Below are positions 1 to 8,481 of a stretch of 39,575 nt of DNA, one piece after another. Location of the stretch: positions 1-39,575 of IMG/VR virus record IMGVR_UViG_3300020042_006769; one strand, written 5' to 3'. The first letter of the stretch is position 1. Every line of letters starts with the position of its first letter. The DNA is from a virus. Its lineage: Duplodnaviria > Caudoviricetes. The translations under genes and the position numbers were made by a program. Under the pieces are notes generated by a model, which worked only from the letters and a program-made list of their open reading frames with translations, had not been told where the DNA came from and did no database searches.

Positions 1-121
1 CCGCCGTAGCGAGTGCGGAAGTTGCAACCGCATCGGTCAAAATCGTACCCTTTGACTCGAACGCATAAGTCGCACTTGCGGCATTTGGTGCAGTTAAATG
101 GAAGGCCCCATTATTGCTTGC
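1..121. repeat. Exact 121-bp direct copy of 4204-4324 (internal part of the 459-aa tail protein gene) at the window edge
   Basis: Base-by-base comparison: 1-121 is identical to 4204-4324 and diverges at 122 (t) versus 4325 (g). Confidence 0.95.
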
Positions 122-355
122 TAAGTTCATTATCTGAACCGATGACCCACCATCGTAAAGCCGATAGACCACAAACGCTGCAACGTACTCATCCTGAGTA
201 ACCGCAACTAAACAAATCGTGCTTACGTCTTTAATCGCCAGTTCAAAGTCTGCTTTTGTCCACGGTTCCTCAAATGCCAAACGCTCGATAGATGCAACGT
301 CGAACAGGTCTGCTCTAGTCATCCAGCGTACTTTGAGTTTGGCTTGAGTTTTCAT
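1..355 (-). CDS. RimI-like GNAT N-acetyltransferase, N-terminal ~79 aa, fused in frame to the duplicated tail-gene segment; no stop inside the window
   Basis: Not in the ORF track. ATG at 355 overlaps the upstream TGA (ATGA). Translates MKTQAKLKVRWMTRADLFDVASIERLAFEEPWTKADFELAIKDVSTICLVAVTQDEYVAAFVVYRLYDGGSSVQIMNLA, matching the RimI pattern R.M...D...V..IE...F..PW....F...I.NLA. Confidence 0.8.
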   Translation of the reverse strand, partial: MKTQAKLKVRWMTRADLFDVASIERLAFEEPWTKADFELAIKDVSTICLVAVTQDEYVAAFVVYRLYDGGSSVQIMNLASNNGAFHLTAPNAASATYAFESKGTILTDAVATSALATA

Positions 356-642
356 ACAAACTCCCCTGCCGACTGAATCAACCTCTCCAATTGAACAACT
401 CTTTTCTCTGTCATTGTTGGACAAAACGCATGCAGCAATTCGTGCCTTACCGTCGCAACCTTTTCGTCTGAGGTGAGTTTCTCGTCAATTAATATCTGTC
501 TTGTGTCGTAAATGCAGACACCGCATAACGCTTTGCCTGAGTGCTTACCGTGTCCCTCTTTGTATTTCTCTTGCAATGTCTCCTGCGTTGCGAGTCGAAC
601 CTGCCAAACCTCTTTGTCAATTTTGAAGGTTTTAGGCTTCAT
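352..642 (-). CDS. Small HExxH zinc-metallopeptidase-like phage protein
   Basis: GVC.....ILID.......TVRHELLHA motif; ATGA-coupled to its neighbours. Confidence 0.75.
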   Translation of the reverse strand: MKPKTFKIDKEVWQVRLATQETLQEKYKEGHGKHSGKALCGVCIYDTRQILIDEKLTSDEKVATVRHELLHAFCPTMTEKRVVQLERLIQSAGEFV

Positions 643-1646
643 GACGGACGAACCTCGCCTGCCTTGTTTATCCGCTTGTTGTAAACTCCAAAACTGCCTT
701 CCTTATCAACCTCGATCATGGCACAACCTTGTGACCACCGATTCACTCTCGCATATTCTGGCGTTAAATCGCACAAGCAACCAACAGACCAAACGAATGT
801 CTCATCGTGCCAAACGTTTGTATCTGCGTGTCCGCTTGCCTGATGTGAATGACCGACCAGTATTGTGTGATGTGTTCTGAGGAATGCACCTCTTGCAGGA
901 TTCACCGGAGAAAATATACTTCGACCCAGCTCGTGTCCATGTGCTATTGGTAGCTTTCCTGCCATGACGAATCGCTGATCGTCAACCATTTCAATTCCAA
1001 GATTGTCAAGCTGTAGCAATTCATTCAATTGACATTGCGGCAGGTCGTAAATCTCTGGAGCTCGATTCCAGATGAAATGCTGCCATCGTTCCTCATGGTT
1101 TCCGAGTTTGTAAACAATCCGGCAATTCTTCCCAAACTCTTGCCGTAACCATTCCAATCCCTGAACCACTGATTTTAGTTCTTCGCTAAACCTCCGTTTC
1201 CTTGGATCTTTTTGCCATCTGCTGCACTGGTAGAAGTCTGCGAAATCTCCGTTAATCAGCAGCACATTTGGTTTTAGTTTTTTCAGGTGATCGACTGCCG
1301 ATTCAAACGCGATAGGCGAATGGTACGGAACGTGAACATCGGAAATTACCGCAACCCTGATATCGTTTCCAAGATCGTAAGGCGTCCAAGGTTCTGCCAG
1401 TGATTTTGGTGGCTCAAGTGGCTTTGCGTCAGACTTCCCTTTCGGCCTTAATTGCGTTGCCGTTTTCCTGTTTCTCTTACCGTTTGCCCCTCGAATTGTT
1501 CTGATTATTGATCGTGCCGTTTCATGCGTGAAACAAGTTGGATTCTCTTTTGCCAAACGTCTTGCGAGTCCGTGATTGCTTGCCTCTGGAAACTTCTTGC
1601 AAAGTTCCTCGGCTATGACCCGTCCCGCTGTTCTTGGAATCGGCAT
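639..1646 (-). CDS. Calcineurin-like metallophosphoesterase with a basic N-terminal extension
   Basis: SDVH, NGDFAD, GNHE, HGHE and GHSH motifs. Confidence 0.9.
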   Translation of the reverse strand: MPIPRTAGRVIAEELCKKFPEASNHGLARRLAKENPTCFTHETARSIIRTIRGANGKRNRKTATQLRPKGKSDAKPLEPPKSLAEPWTPYDLGNDIRVAVISDVHVPYHSPIAFESAVDHLKKLKPNVLLINGDFADFYQCSRWQKDPRKRRFSEELKSVVQGLEWLRQEFGKNCRIVYKLGNHEERWQHFIWNRAPEIYDLPQCQLNELLQLDNLGIEMVDDQRFVMAGKLPIAHGHELGRSIFSPVNPARGAFLRTHHTILVGHSHQASGHADTNVWHDETFVWSVGCLCDLTPEYARVNRWSQGCAMIEVDKEGSFGVYNKRINKAGEVRPS

Positions 1647-1664
1647 GTTGCCTCTTGTTGTCTG

Positions 1665-3929
1665 TTAGTTTGTTTTTGGAACAATCCAAATTCCAGACCG
1701 CTCAACCGATGTGCGTCTAGCAGGCCCTTTCATGGTGATTGATCCCGTGGAGGTTGCTATCACTTCAGCATTGTTTTCTGTAATCGGTGTCATTGCCGTT
1801 GCCGCATTACTTACAGATTTACAAGCACCTACAGGGAACTCTCCAGCGTAGCCCGCAAACCCATCTGGTCTGCTGTACGACACGATATTGCTTCCAGATG
1901 TCCATGACATTTCGACATCGACAGGATGATAAAACCCAGTAGGAAAGAAAAAGAAATTACCCGACAAGGTTGTCGGATCGCCAATCGGCTGTCCCGTCGC
2001 TGTGTTGTAATCGTTTAGTAGTTCTGCTGTTATCGTGTTCCTAGCAGGATCGCCAACAAAATCCAGCGATGCAATGACATAAAGTCTCTGCGACATCTCA
2101 TGGTATACCAAGCAGCCCGCGTTTAGTCCCCTGTTGCTTGCGGTACCAATACTAAAAGGTGACACTTCTGGCAGCACGATAGTTATCAGCTTACCATTCT
2201 GCGTCACTGAGGAAATACTACTGCTATTCCTCACGCTTGTGTAATGTCCAAGACTTACCGGTATTGGCGAACTTTGCAAAACTGCCGAACCTCTTGCCTG
2301 TCTTGCACAAAACGGAATCACGGCATTGGCGTTTGATGTTACCGAATCACCGAACCCGCCACCTGATTGCCCCAATGTTGTGAGATTGATAAACCCTTGA
2401 TTCGAATAGCCCGACCAGCCGCCCTGGTGTTGACCCAAAAACATCACGTTGCAAGTTGAATTGAAAGCTATAGCTTTCGCCCTTGTCGTTGGTTGCGTCC
2501 AGTGTGTCGCATTGCCAGATATTGGAGAGTCAATTCGGCAGCGTGATGGAAGTCCATCGATTATCAATGGGCTTTGCATGTTTTGCAACCACGATCCTGC
2601 TATCTGTAAATTCGCATTTTTGAGAACTATGATTGCCTTCGGTATGATGCATCCATCATTTGAAAATGATATTTCCGAGTCCTGAATTGTGAACGATCCA
2701 GATAGCGTTGTGGTCGATGAACAAACGCCTATCCTTTGAATTACTTCGGCTTGACAGTTCCTCATTGAAATTGCAGAGCCAAGATGCAGCGTTGGAATAT
2801 TAAAAATCTGATAGCAAGAGCCGATGAACGTAGATTCGAATAGACATTCGGCCTCGCCCGTTTGCAGCCCGATCAACGTGGTTGTCGCTGCGGTATGGCA
2901 GACATTGATAATCGAGTTCCTAACGGAAATTAACCTGTTTTGAGTTCCCCCCCAACTAACGGCGTAGCAATTCCATTCCAATCGGCATCCTGAGATGTCA
3001 ACGAAATCACCATTGCCATCGCTCGGTGCTCCCTGAATCGCAATAGCAACTCCGAAACCGGAAATCGTGACATTGTTAATTCTCGGTGCTGAAGAAAACG
3101 CACAATTATATTGAGTTGATTTATTCATCCCGGGCAAACCTACCGGGAACGCATAATCAGCGTAAGCAATTTCAGGCTTTATTCCTATTCGTGGATCGAC
3201 ATGAATTCCAGCCGAAACTCGATAGCGACTCAGCACGTTTGCTGGCGCGATTGGCGGAATCCAGTTGCTTTCCGTTTCAGTTTGCAAGTTTTCATGCCCG
3301 AGATTATTGGAATAGATATGACCAACCCAAGGCCCGACCAATGCTAAATTTTTAACCGTTGTAAATCTTCCACCTTGAATCTCAATCCCGTTTTCCCATG
3401 AATTAGTAAACAGCATTACCCCAGTGTTGATCCCATTCGGTTGCGTCCCAATGGGGCCAGTCAACACAACTTGTCGAAACGTATCGCCGTATCCTAATCG
3501 AAGCGTGTTAATTAAGTGCTGGCCGGGAGCGAGCGAAACTAAACCGCTTTTTGTGAAGTACATTTCGTTGTCGATGAAGCATTGAATTGCTAACGTGTCA
3601 TCGGTTCCCGTCGAGTATGTGTTCGAAAAGGTTTTGGCAGCATCGCCAACAGCACCCCAGTGAAATTGCGATGAACGAGACGCTTTCGTTGTCCAAACTC
3701 TGCCGCCTAGCGATAAATCAAAAATATGATCAAACAGTTGAGCATCGTACCCACCACGCAAAACAATAGTCACCCCCGACCCCGGCTTTAATCTTGCGCC
3801 AGATTCAAACTTAACCAGATTTTCGATTATCAAATCCGATCCTACAAAATGATTGCCAAGCGGAACGGAAACAACCCCGGCATTATCCGCAGCAACTAAA
3901 GTAGATCGGTAGTCTTTGGAATTGGTCAT
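1665..3929 (-). CDS. Tail-spike/depolymerase-like beta-helix protein (pectate-lyase-3-like start)
   Basis: WGAVGD...DDTLAIQ motif, followed by a G/S/N/I-rich beta-helix-type sequence. Confidence 0.65.
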   Translation of the reverse strand: MTNSKDYRSTLVAADNAGVVSVPLGNHFVGSDLIIENLVKFESGARLKPGSGVTIVLRGGYDAQLFDHIFDLSLGGRVWTTKASRSSQFHWGAVGDAAKTFSNTYSTGTDDTLAIQCFIDNEMYFTKSGLVSLAPGQHLINTLRLGYGDTFRQVVLTGPIGTQPNGINTGVMLFTNSWENGIEIQGGRFTTVKNLALVGPWVGHIYSNNLGHENLQTETESNWIPPIAPANVLSRYRVSAGIHVDPRIGIKPEIAYADYAFPVGLPGMNKSTQYNCAFSSAPRINNVTISGFGVAIAIQGAPSDGNGDFVDISGCRLEWNCYAVSWGGTQNRLISVRNSIINVCHTAATTTLIGLQTGEAECLFESTFIGSCYQIFNIPTLHLGSAISMRNCQAEVIQRIGVCSSTTTLSGSFTIQDSEISFSNDGCIIPKAIIVLKNANLQIAGSWLQNMQSPLIIDGLPSRCRIDSPISGNATHWTQPTTRAKAIAFNSTCNVMFLGQHQGGWSGYSNQGFINLTTLGQSGGGFGDSVTSNANAVIPFCARQARGSAVLQSSPIPVSLGHYTSVRNSSSISSVTQNGKLITIVLPEVSPFSIGTASNRGLNAGCLVYHEMSQRLYVIASLDFVGDPARNTITAELLNDYNTATGQPIGDPTTLSGNFFFFPTGFYHPVDVEMSWTSGSNIVSYSRPDGFAGYAGEFPVGACKSVSNAATAMTPITENNAEVIATSTGSITMKGPARRTSVERSGIWIVPKTN

Positions 3930-5305
3930 AGCGTTACCCCAGGTGTTAATCGGCTAATAAGGCTTTTTATTTGCGAGATCTGTCCCGCTGTAAAATCGCG
4001 ATCATAAGACCGCCCCGGCAATGCACCGAAAAACATTTGCAAGTTTGCTGGTAGCGTAGTCCCTCCCCGGCGGAACAGATAGAGAACCGCGTTTGAGTAG
4101 TTGCCGGTTCCTTGATCGCCAGTGTTCTCGACTGCCGCATTGTTATCAATTTGAATGCGAGATAGATTGCCGGAAATATCTCCCGATGCTGTGACAACCC
4201 TGCCCGCCGTAGCGAGTGCGGAAGTTGCAACCGCATCGGTCAAAATCGTACCCTTTGACTCGAACGCATAAGTCGCACTTGCGGCATTTGGTGCAGTTAA
4301 ATGGAAGGCCCCATTATTGCTTGCGATGCTGGTAGTCAATTCACAAACCGTCCCTCTCGCCGCATCACTTAGCCGACGCAATCCGAAAAAAGCCGATACT
4401 ACATCTAAACCTGAATAATTGATCGCTGAAGTTGCATACCCGTCGTCAACCCCATCCGGTTGAACATAATAACAATCGGCTTGGCCTGATTCGGTAACGT
4501 CGTAAGCGGAAACGACTTTTTGGTAAGTTCCCCTTGCTGTGCCAGCTTCAAATTGTGCCCATCCAATGTTGATGGACCCTAATGCGTTTGTGTCCATCGT
4601 ACCAATCACACTATTTGCCGCCGGCGTTATCAAAACTTTCGCAGTAGTGCTACCCGCGCCGCTAGTTGTTTTTACTTCGACAAGCCAAAAACTATCTGAA
4701 TAGGACGAAACGGCTATAGTCCCGGCTGCTAAACCCGCCCGCGCTACCGTCGCGCCGGTTTTTGTATTCACAAAATGCCGATTAGTAACCGCAGACCCAC
4801 CAGAAAAGTCTAACCCAAATTCTGGAAATCGCGTTTCGTCATTGTCTTTAGCCAGCAAAAAAGAGAAAACGTAGGCGGTATTGGTCGCGACGCCCGTTAT
4901 GTCCTGACTTGCGAACAAAAACCCGACCCCGCTATCGGTCAATCGGTCAATCGTTGCGACGCCCGCCGGGTCGTTACTGACATTGGACGAGACCGATACC
5001 GTTTTGACCCAAATATCGTTGCTAAAATCTTCGCTATAGGTCAATAAATTACGTCTACCGCTTTTCGGCACTCGCCCATAGATTCCGCGATTAGCGTCCG
5101 TCCCTTGCGTTGCGTTCTTGCTATTTCCGCTGAAGTCGATCAAGGTCGCAACCGTCGCACCCAACGTGTTAGCCGCGATCATATCTGGATGACCGGGAAT
5201 GAACATTGGCCCAACTGTACCAGATGGAAACAACAAGCCTTTCAGTTGTGCAAATGTTGAAGTCCCAAAACCGGGACAAAGCATCACTTCATCAGATATG
5301 CTCAT
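3926..5305 (-). CDS. Virion fibre/carbohydrate-binding (ConA/LamG-like) protein
   Basis: RRNLLTYSEDFS, WAQFEAG...YQ and DGVDD motifs typical of phage receptor-binding/fibre proteins; A/T/S/G-rich. Confidence 0.65.
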   Translation of the reverse strand: MSISDEVMLCPGFGTSTFAQLKGLLFPSGTVGPMFIPGHPDMIAANTLGATVATLIDFSGNSKNATQGTDANRGIYGRVPKSGRRNLLTYSEDFSNDIWVKTVSVSSNVSNDPAGVATIDRLTDSGVGFLFASQDITGVATNTAYVFSFLLAKDNDETRFPEFGLDFSGGSAVTNRHFVNTKTGATVARAGLAAGTIAVSSYSDSFWLVEVKTTSGAGSTTAKVLITPAANSVIGTMDTNALGSINIGWAQFEAGTARGTYQKVVSAYDVTESGQADCYYVQPDGVDDGYATSAINYSGLDVVSAFFGLRRLSDAARGTVCELTTSIASNNGAFHLTAPNAASATYAFESKGTILTDAVATSALATAGRVVTASGDISGNLSRIQIDNNAAVENTGDQGTGNYSNAVLYLFRRGGTTLPANLQMFFGALPGRSYDRDFTAGQISQIKSLISRLTPGVTL

Positions 5306-5913
5306 CGTTTACCAAGCCTCGCTGCAAAGTTGATTTTATCGCGTGCGTTCAATTCGTAGCTCGACTGATCGCCATTCATTATCGAAGTCCGGTCTACAAC
5401 ATGCTTGAGTCCCAGTTGATGCCCGAATTCATGCTTGGCTACAGCTTGGATAAATCCAGGATGATTAAGAAACCGCTGCCCCCTCGCCGTAAAATGAATC
5501 ATGCCACCAGCCCAAGCACCCGCTGGTACTTTGTTTTCTGCCTTTAGTTCTGGAAAGTATCTCCACATGGTTGCATCCGTTGAGACCACAATCCGAATTT
5601 GTGAACCTGATTTTTTCGCTGACTTAACGAAATCGGTTAACGTGAACAGAGACAACTCGTTTAGGCTCTGCATAATGTCCCGCTGAAACTGATCAACAGC
5701 CAAACCAGCCGGCGCCTGACCGTCAAACCAAACCTTGCGGATTCGTCGCTTGGTTGCTGTCTCGTAGAAATCGTTGTCGGCGTCAGTTTCCTGATAACCG
5801 CAGCAAACGAACTGAACAGGAGGAGAGAAGATAGCCACGCAAGCCGCGTAGCCGATGAGAGAAAAGCAGACAATCGCAAGCGATATGATTGTTGGAACTT
5901 CGAGTCGTTTCAT
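5302..5913 (-). CDS. Matrixin-like (M10 metzincin) metalloprotease with N-terminal membrane anchor
   Basis: HEFGHQLGLKH zinc motif plus SIM Met-turn; hydrophobic residues ~8-38. Confidence 0.85.
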   Translation of the reverse strand: MKRLEVPTIISLAIVCFSLIGYAACVAIFSPPVQFVCCGYQETDADNDFYETATKRRIRKVWFDGQAPAGLAVDQFQRDIMQSLNELSLFTLTDFVKSAKKSGSQIRIVVSTDATMWRYFPELKAENKVPAGAWAGGMIHFTARGQRFLNHPGFIQAVAKHEFGHQLGLKHVVDRTSIMNGDQSSYELNARDKINFAARLGKR

Positions 5914-5970
5914 TCGTATTTGCCGGAGTCCTCGAATCGGATAATCGCTTGCGGTTGCTTGCCTTTTTAT

Positions 5971-5997
5971 TTAAAAGGTCAGTCGTATAGGCTGACC
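5971..5997 (-). terminator. Possible intrinsic terminator
   Basis: GGTCAG..CTGACC hairpin followed by TTTTAA on the minus strand; weak U-tract. Confidence 0.35.
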
Positions 5998-6019
5998 GAA
6001 CCGGAAAACCGGGGAGACG

Positions 6020-6331
6020 TTATCTAGCTCGTCTCAGCACTCGCCTCCCAACCATCGACGCACGCAGAACATGCACCCGTCGATAGTTCGTCTGGAAACT
6101 TGATCCGCTGCATTGCCAATAACGCAGACCAGCTCCCACCGTACAAGAGAACCAACTGCCGCCAGACTGCCGACAAATAGCAAACTGAACCGCACTTTCA
6201 GCGGCGCACGCAGCGTTCCAATTGATTCCTACTGCAACAGGACGATCCCGAAATAGTTGTGCGTCAGATTGTTCGCAAAACGCGAACAGGAAGCCGATCG
6301 CAATAAACGCAATGATCAAAATGTTTTTCAT
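6020..6331 (-). CDS. Secreted 4-Cys small protein with Arg-rich tail
   Basis: Signal peptide MKNILIIAFIAIGFLFAF..SDA; CX10C-X9-CX10C; RRVLRRAR C-terminus. Confidence 0.7.
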   Translation of the reverse strand: MKNILIIAFIAIGFLFAFCEQSDAQLFRDRPVAVGINWNAACAAESAVQFAICRQSGGSWFSCTVGAGLRYWQCSGSSFQTNYRRVHVLRASMVGRRVLRRAR

Positions 6332-6333
6332 AG

Positions 6334-6624
6334 TTACCTTTCTACTTGGAGTTCATTCAAAAGAAGTTCAATAGTGCTGTCGTTCCCGCTGATTAAAAGT
6401 TGACCACCAGCACCAAGAACGTCCCGCTTGTCAGTGTTTCGCAGGACAACGCCGGTTAAGAGTTCGCCGTCAAAGATTTCTGTTTCGATTTCCCAAGTTG
6501 GAACTTGAATCGAGACTTCCAAAGCGTCTGCCGGTTTCATCTCAGCAAATATCGTGCAAACGACAAGGATCATTCCAGCCAAAACGAATGCGACAACAAC
6601 ATCTGAAATAATGGTTTGAAACAT
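6334..6624 (-). CDS. Hypothetical protein with N-terminal TM helix
   Basis: Hydrophobic VVVAFVLAGMILVVCTIF; starts directly after the upstream stop (TAAATG). Confidence 0.7.
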   Translation of the reverse strand: MFQTIISDVVVAFVLAGMILVVCTIFAEMKPADALEVSIQVPTWEIETEIFDGELLTGVVLRNTDKRDVLGAGGQLLISGNDSTIELLLNELQVER

Positions 6625-6759
6625 TTACCTTGGCCCTGTATCGCTACCTGTTGAAAACATCATCGCAATCATCGCCAGCAACCAAATCCCAAAAAGGGCT
6701 ACTAGGACCCAAACTGATACCGATGATTCGATCAATTCTCTTAACTCAAAGATCGTCAT
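6625..6759 (-). CDS. 44-aa single-TM protein (holin-like candidate)
   Basis: Not in the ORF track. MTIFELRELIESSVSVWVLVALFGIWLLAMIAMMFSTGSDTGPR*; ATGA overlap with the protease stop, and it abuts the next ATG. Confidence 0.65.
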   Translation of the reverse strand: MTIFELRELIESSVSVWVLVALFGIWLLAMIAMMFSTGSDTGPR

Positions 6760-7877
6760 TTCTTGCCTTGCAAAACTTCGTCCAGCAATTTCTTAGCCGC
6801 TTCAATCTTGGCTCTGTCGGCTGCTGGTAAAGATGGCTCTGGACAAACTGGTGGGTCTGTTGGGTCAACTGGTGGTGGATCCACTGGCGGAGGATTGACT
6901 GCATCCGGATCACCCCAAATCGGATAGTCTCCCACGCCCGATTGACGCACAAAACCGTCGATGACTTGACCCGATTGCACCAATTCATCGGCATCCTGAA
7001 ACGTACCCAAGTTGCATAGACTTGGTTCTCCCTCTGCTTTAGCGTATCCCTCGATTAAATCGGTTTGTGGTTCTTGGCAAACAGGAGTAAGCCCCGGAGG
7101 ACGTTCTGCTGAGTCGTTTGTTTGGTTCTTGCTTTGTCTGTAAATGTCCGCAGTGTACTGCCCTGCTCCAAGTCCACCAGGATAGCCGGCTGCAGAGTAA
7201 TTCCAAGTCAAAAGCCCGTGTGCGAATCCACGTTGAAAGACGCTTGAACCTGATTGACCGCCGATGGATGCAGGAAGCCACTTCCAGACTGCACCGTCTG
7301 TAACGATCGATTTGAGCACTTGGCCGCTTGGTACTTCGCACCGAGGGCATCCCCAAGTGGAAGATGATTTGCTGTGGTCAGGCTTGCGAATAGATAGCTT
7401 GATTGGCTCAAGGCCCGCCATGTGCTTACTGTCCGCTTTAAGAAGCGACCAGTCAGTCGTGTCCCTCGAACTATACGCCCCTTCGATCACTTGGGCCTTA
7501 AAGGTCTCACTTCCGGTCAAATTTTTTAATGCAGCTTCGCAGTTAACCACATTGCCGGGACGATTGGTTGCCACGTGCGCATTCGTTAAAATGTAGATGC
7601 TATTTGCATCGCGACCAACAAGAGAACCAGAACCGCAAGAATTGCCGGTTGTGATCCTGACCGCTCTGAACTTGTAAGATGCCGCTTCAGCATCGAGTCC
7701 GGGCGTCTGCGTAACCCCGCTGGCGTAAGTCAGTTTTTGATACCAGTTCAGTACAGATTGTTCTTGGTACTGCTGGACTTCTGGTTGCGGACAATTGAAT
7801 CCAGGCGGGCAGGTTTGGGCCGTTGCGAGAGACGCGACCAACGAGAAAAGCAAAACAGCAGCCGTTCGATAGTGCAT
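6756..7877 (-). CDS. Exported trypsin-like (S1) serine protease with Pro-rich PPVDP tail
   Basis: Signal peptide; CGSGSLV, LTNAHVA, DWSLL and GQSGS catalytic motifs; AAGGAG RBS. Confidence 0.9.
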   Translation of the reverse strand: MHYRTAAVLLFSLVASLATAQTCPPGFNCPQPEVQQYQEQSVLNWYQKLTYASGVTQTPGLDAEAASYKFRAVRITTGNSCGSGSLVGRDANSIYILTNAHVATNRPGNVVNCEAALKNLTGSETFKAQVIEGAYSSRDTTDWSLLKADSKHMAGLEPIKLSIRKPDHSKSSSTWGCPRCEVPSGQVLKSIVTDGAVWKWLPASIGGQSGSSVFQRGFAHGLLTWNYSAAGYPGGLGAGQYTADIYRQSKNQTNDSAERPPGLTPVCQEPQTDLIEGYAKAEGEPSLCNLGTFQDADELVQSGQVIDGFVRQSGVGDYPIWGDPDAVNPPPVDPPPVDPTDPPVCPEPSLPAADRAKIEAAKKLLDEVLQGKK

Positions 7878-7958
7878 TTTTTCTCCTTAAAAAAAGCTGT
7901 CACATTCCACCCGACCGCCATTTTATAGGTTTTCAAAAAAACTGTCGAATCACTTTTG

Positions 7959-8306
7959 TCAGGATTCAAATATGTCGATATGGTTCTGCAATGCCGTGAC
8001 AATCTCCGACACCCTGACAAGCGACAATTGCGGGATTTTCTGTAACCTTGCCACCGGAATCAGCTTTAGCTGTTCGACCGTGTGAACACCGCAGGTTTCC
8101 AATGCGTTGACCGCCGCAAAGCCCAACCCCAAGACACTGACCGGAGTCCCGCTGGTATCTGCCAAGTCCGTCCGTAGTGATTCCAAGGCGCATATCGCCT
8201 CGTCGATGTTTGGTGGGTTCCTGACTCTGGCATTTGGCATCCCGCCTCGCAAGGCTATTTCGATTCGGTTGATGCAATAGTCAATTCTTTCAGATGTTGG
8301 TTTCAT
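7959..8306 (-). CDS. Small protein with RNA polymerase alpha-CTD-like (HhH) domain
   Basis: TPVSVLGLGFAAVNALETCGVHTVEQL......LQKIPQLSLVRVSEIVTAL parallels the alpha-CTD pattern PV..L.L..R..N.L....I..I.DL......L...PNLG..S..EI...L. Confidence 0.7.
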   Translation of the reverse strand: MKPTSERIDYCINRIEIALRGGMPNARVRNPPNIDEAICALESLRTDLADTSGTPVSVLGLGFAAVNALETCGVHTVEQLKLIPVARLQKIPQLSLVRVSEIVTALQNHIDIFES

Positions 8307-8349
8307 ATTTTCTCACTCCTTTGAGTTCGTTTTTCTCTGTTCCTAGTTT

Positions 8350-8481
8350 TTGTACAAATTTTCACATCACTCGCGTACCCACCGTACTACCTTATAGGTA
8401 GTAGTACGGTACGGTACGCGAGATTGTGTATTGTCGGACGTACTGTGACGTACTAAAGTACGCAAGAGTACGCGAGTACGT
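8350..8481. repeat. GTAC-rich nested inverted repeat; putative replication origin
   Basis: 11 GTAC in ~130 bp; inverted repeats ctcgcgtacc(8370-8379)/ggtacgcgag(8413-8422) and accgtactac(8381-8390)/gtagtacggt(8401-8410); directly downstream of the primase-helicase. Confidence 0.6.

Noticed and set aside
1-121. DGR template/variable repeat pair with 4204-4324 in a tail-protein gene
   Set aside because: The copies are identical with no adenine-specific mismatches, no reverse transcriptase is present, and the copy sits at the sequence edge.
6860-6905. PPVDP tandem repeat as a DNA-level element
   Set aside because: Explained as a Pro-rich protein linker in the protease.
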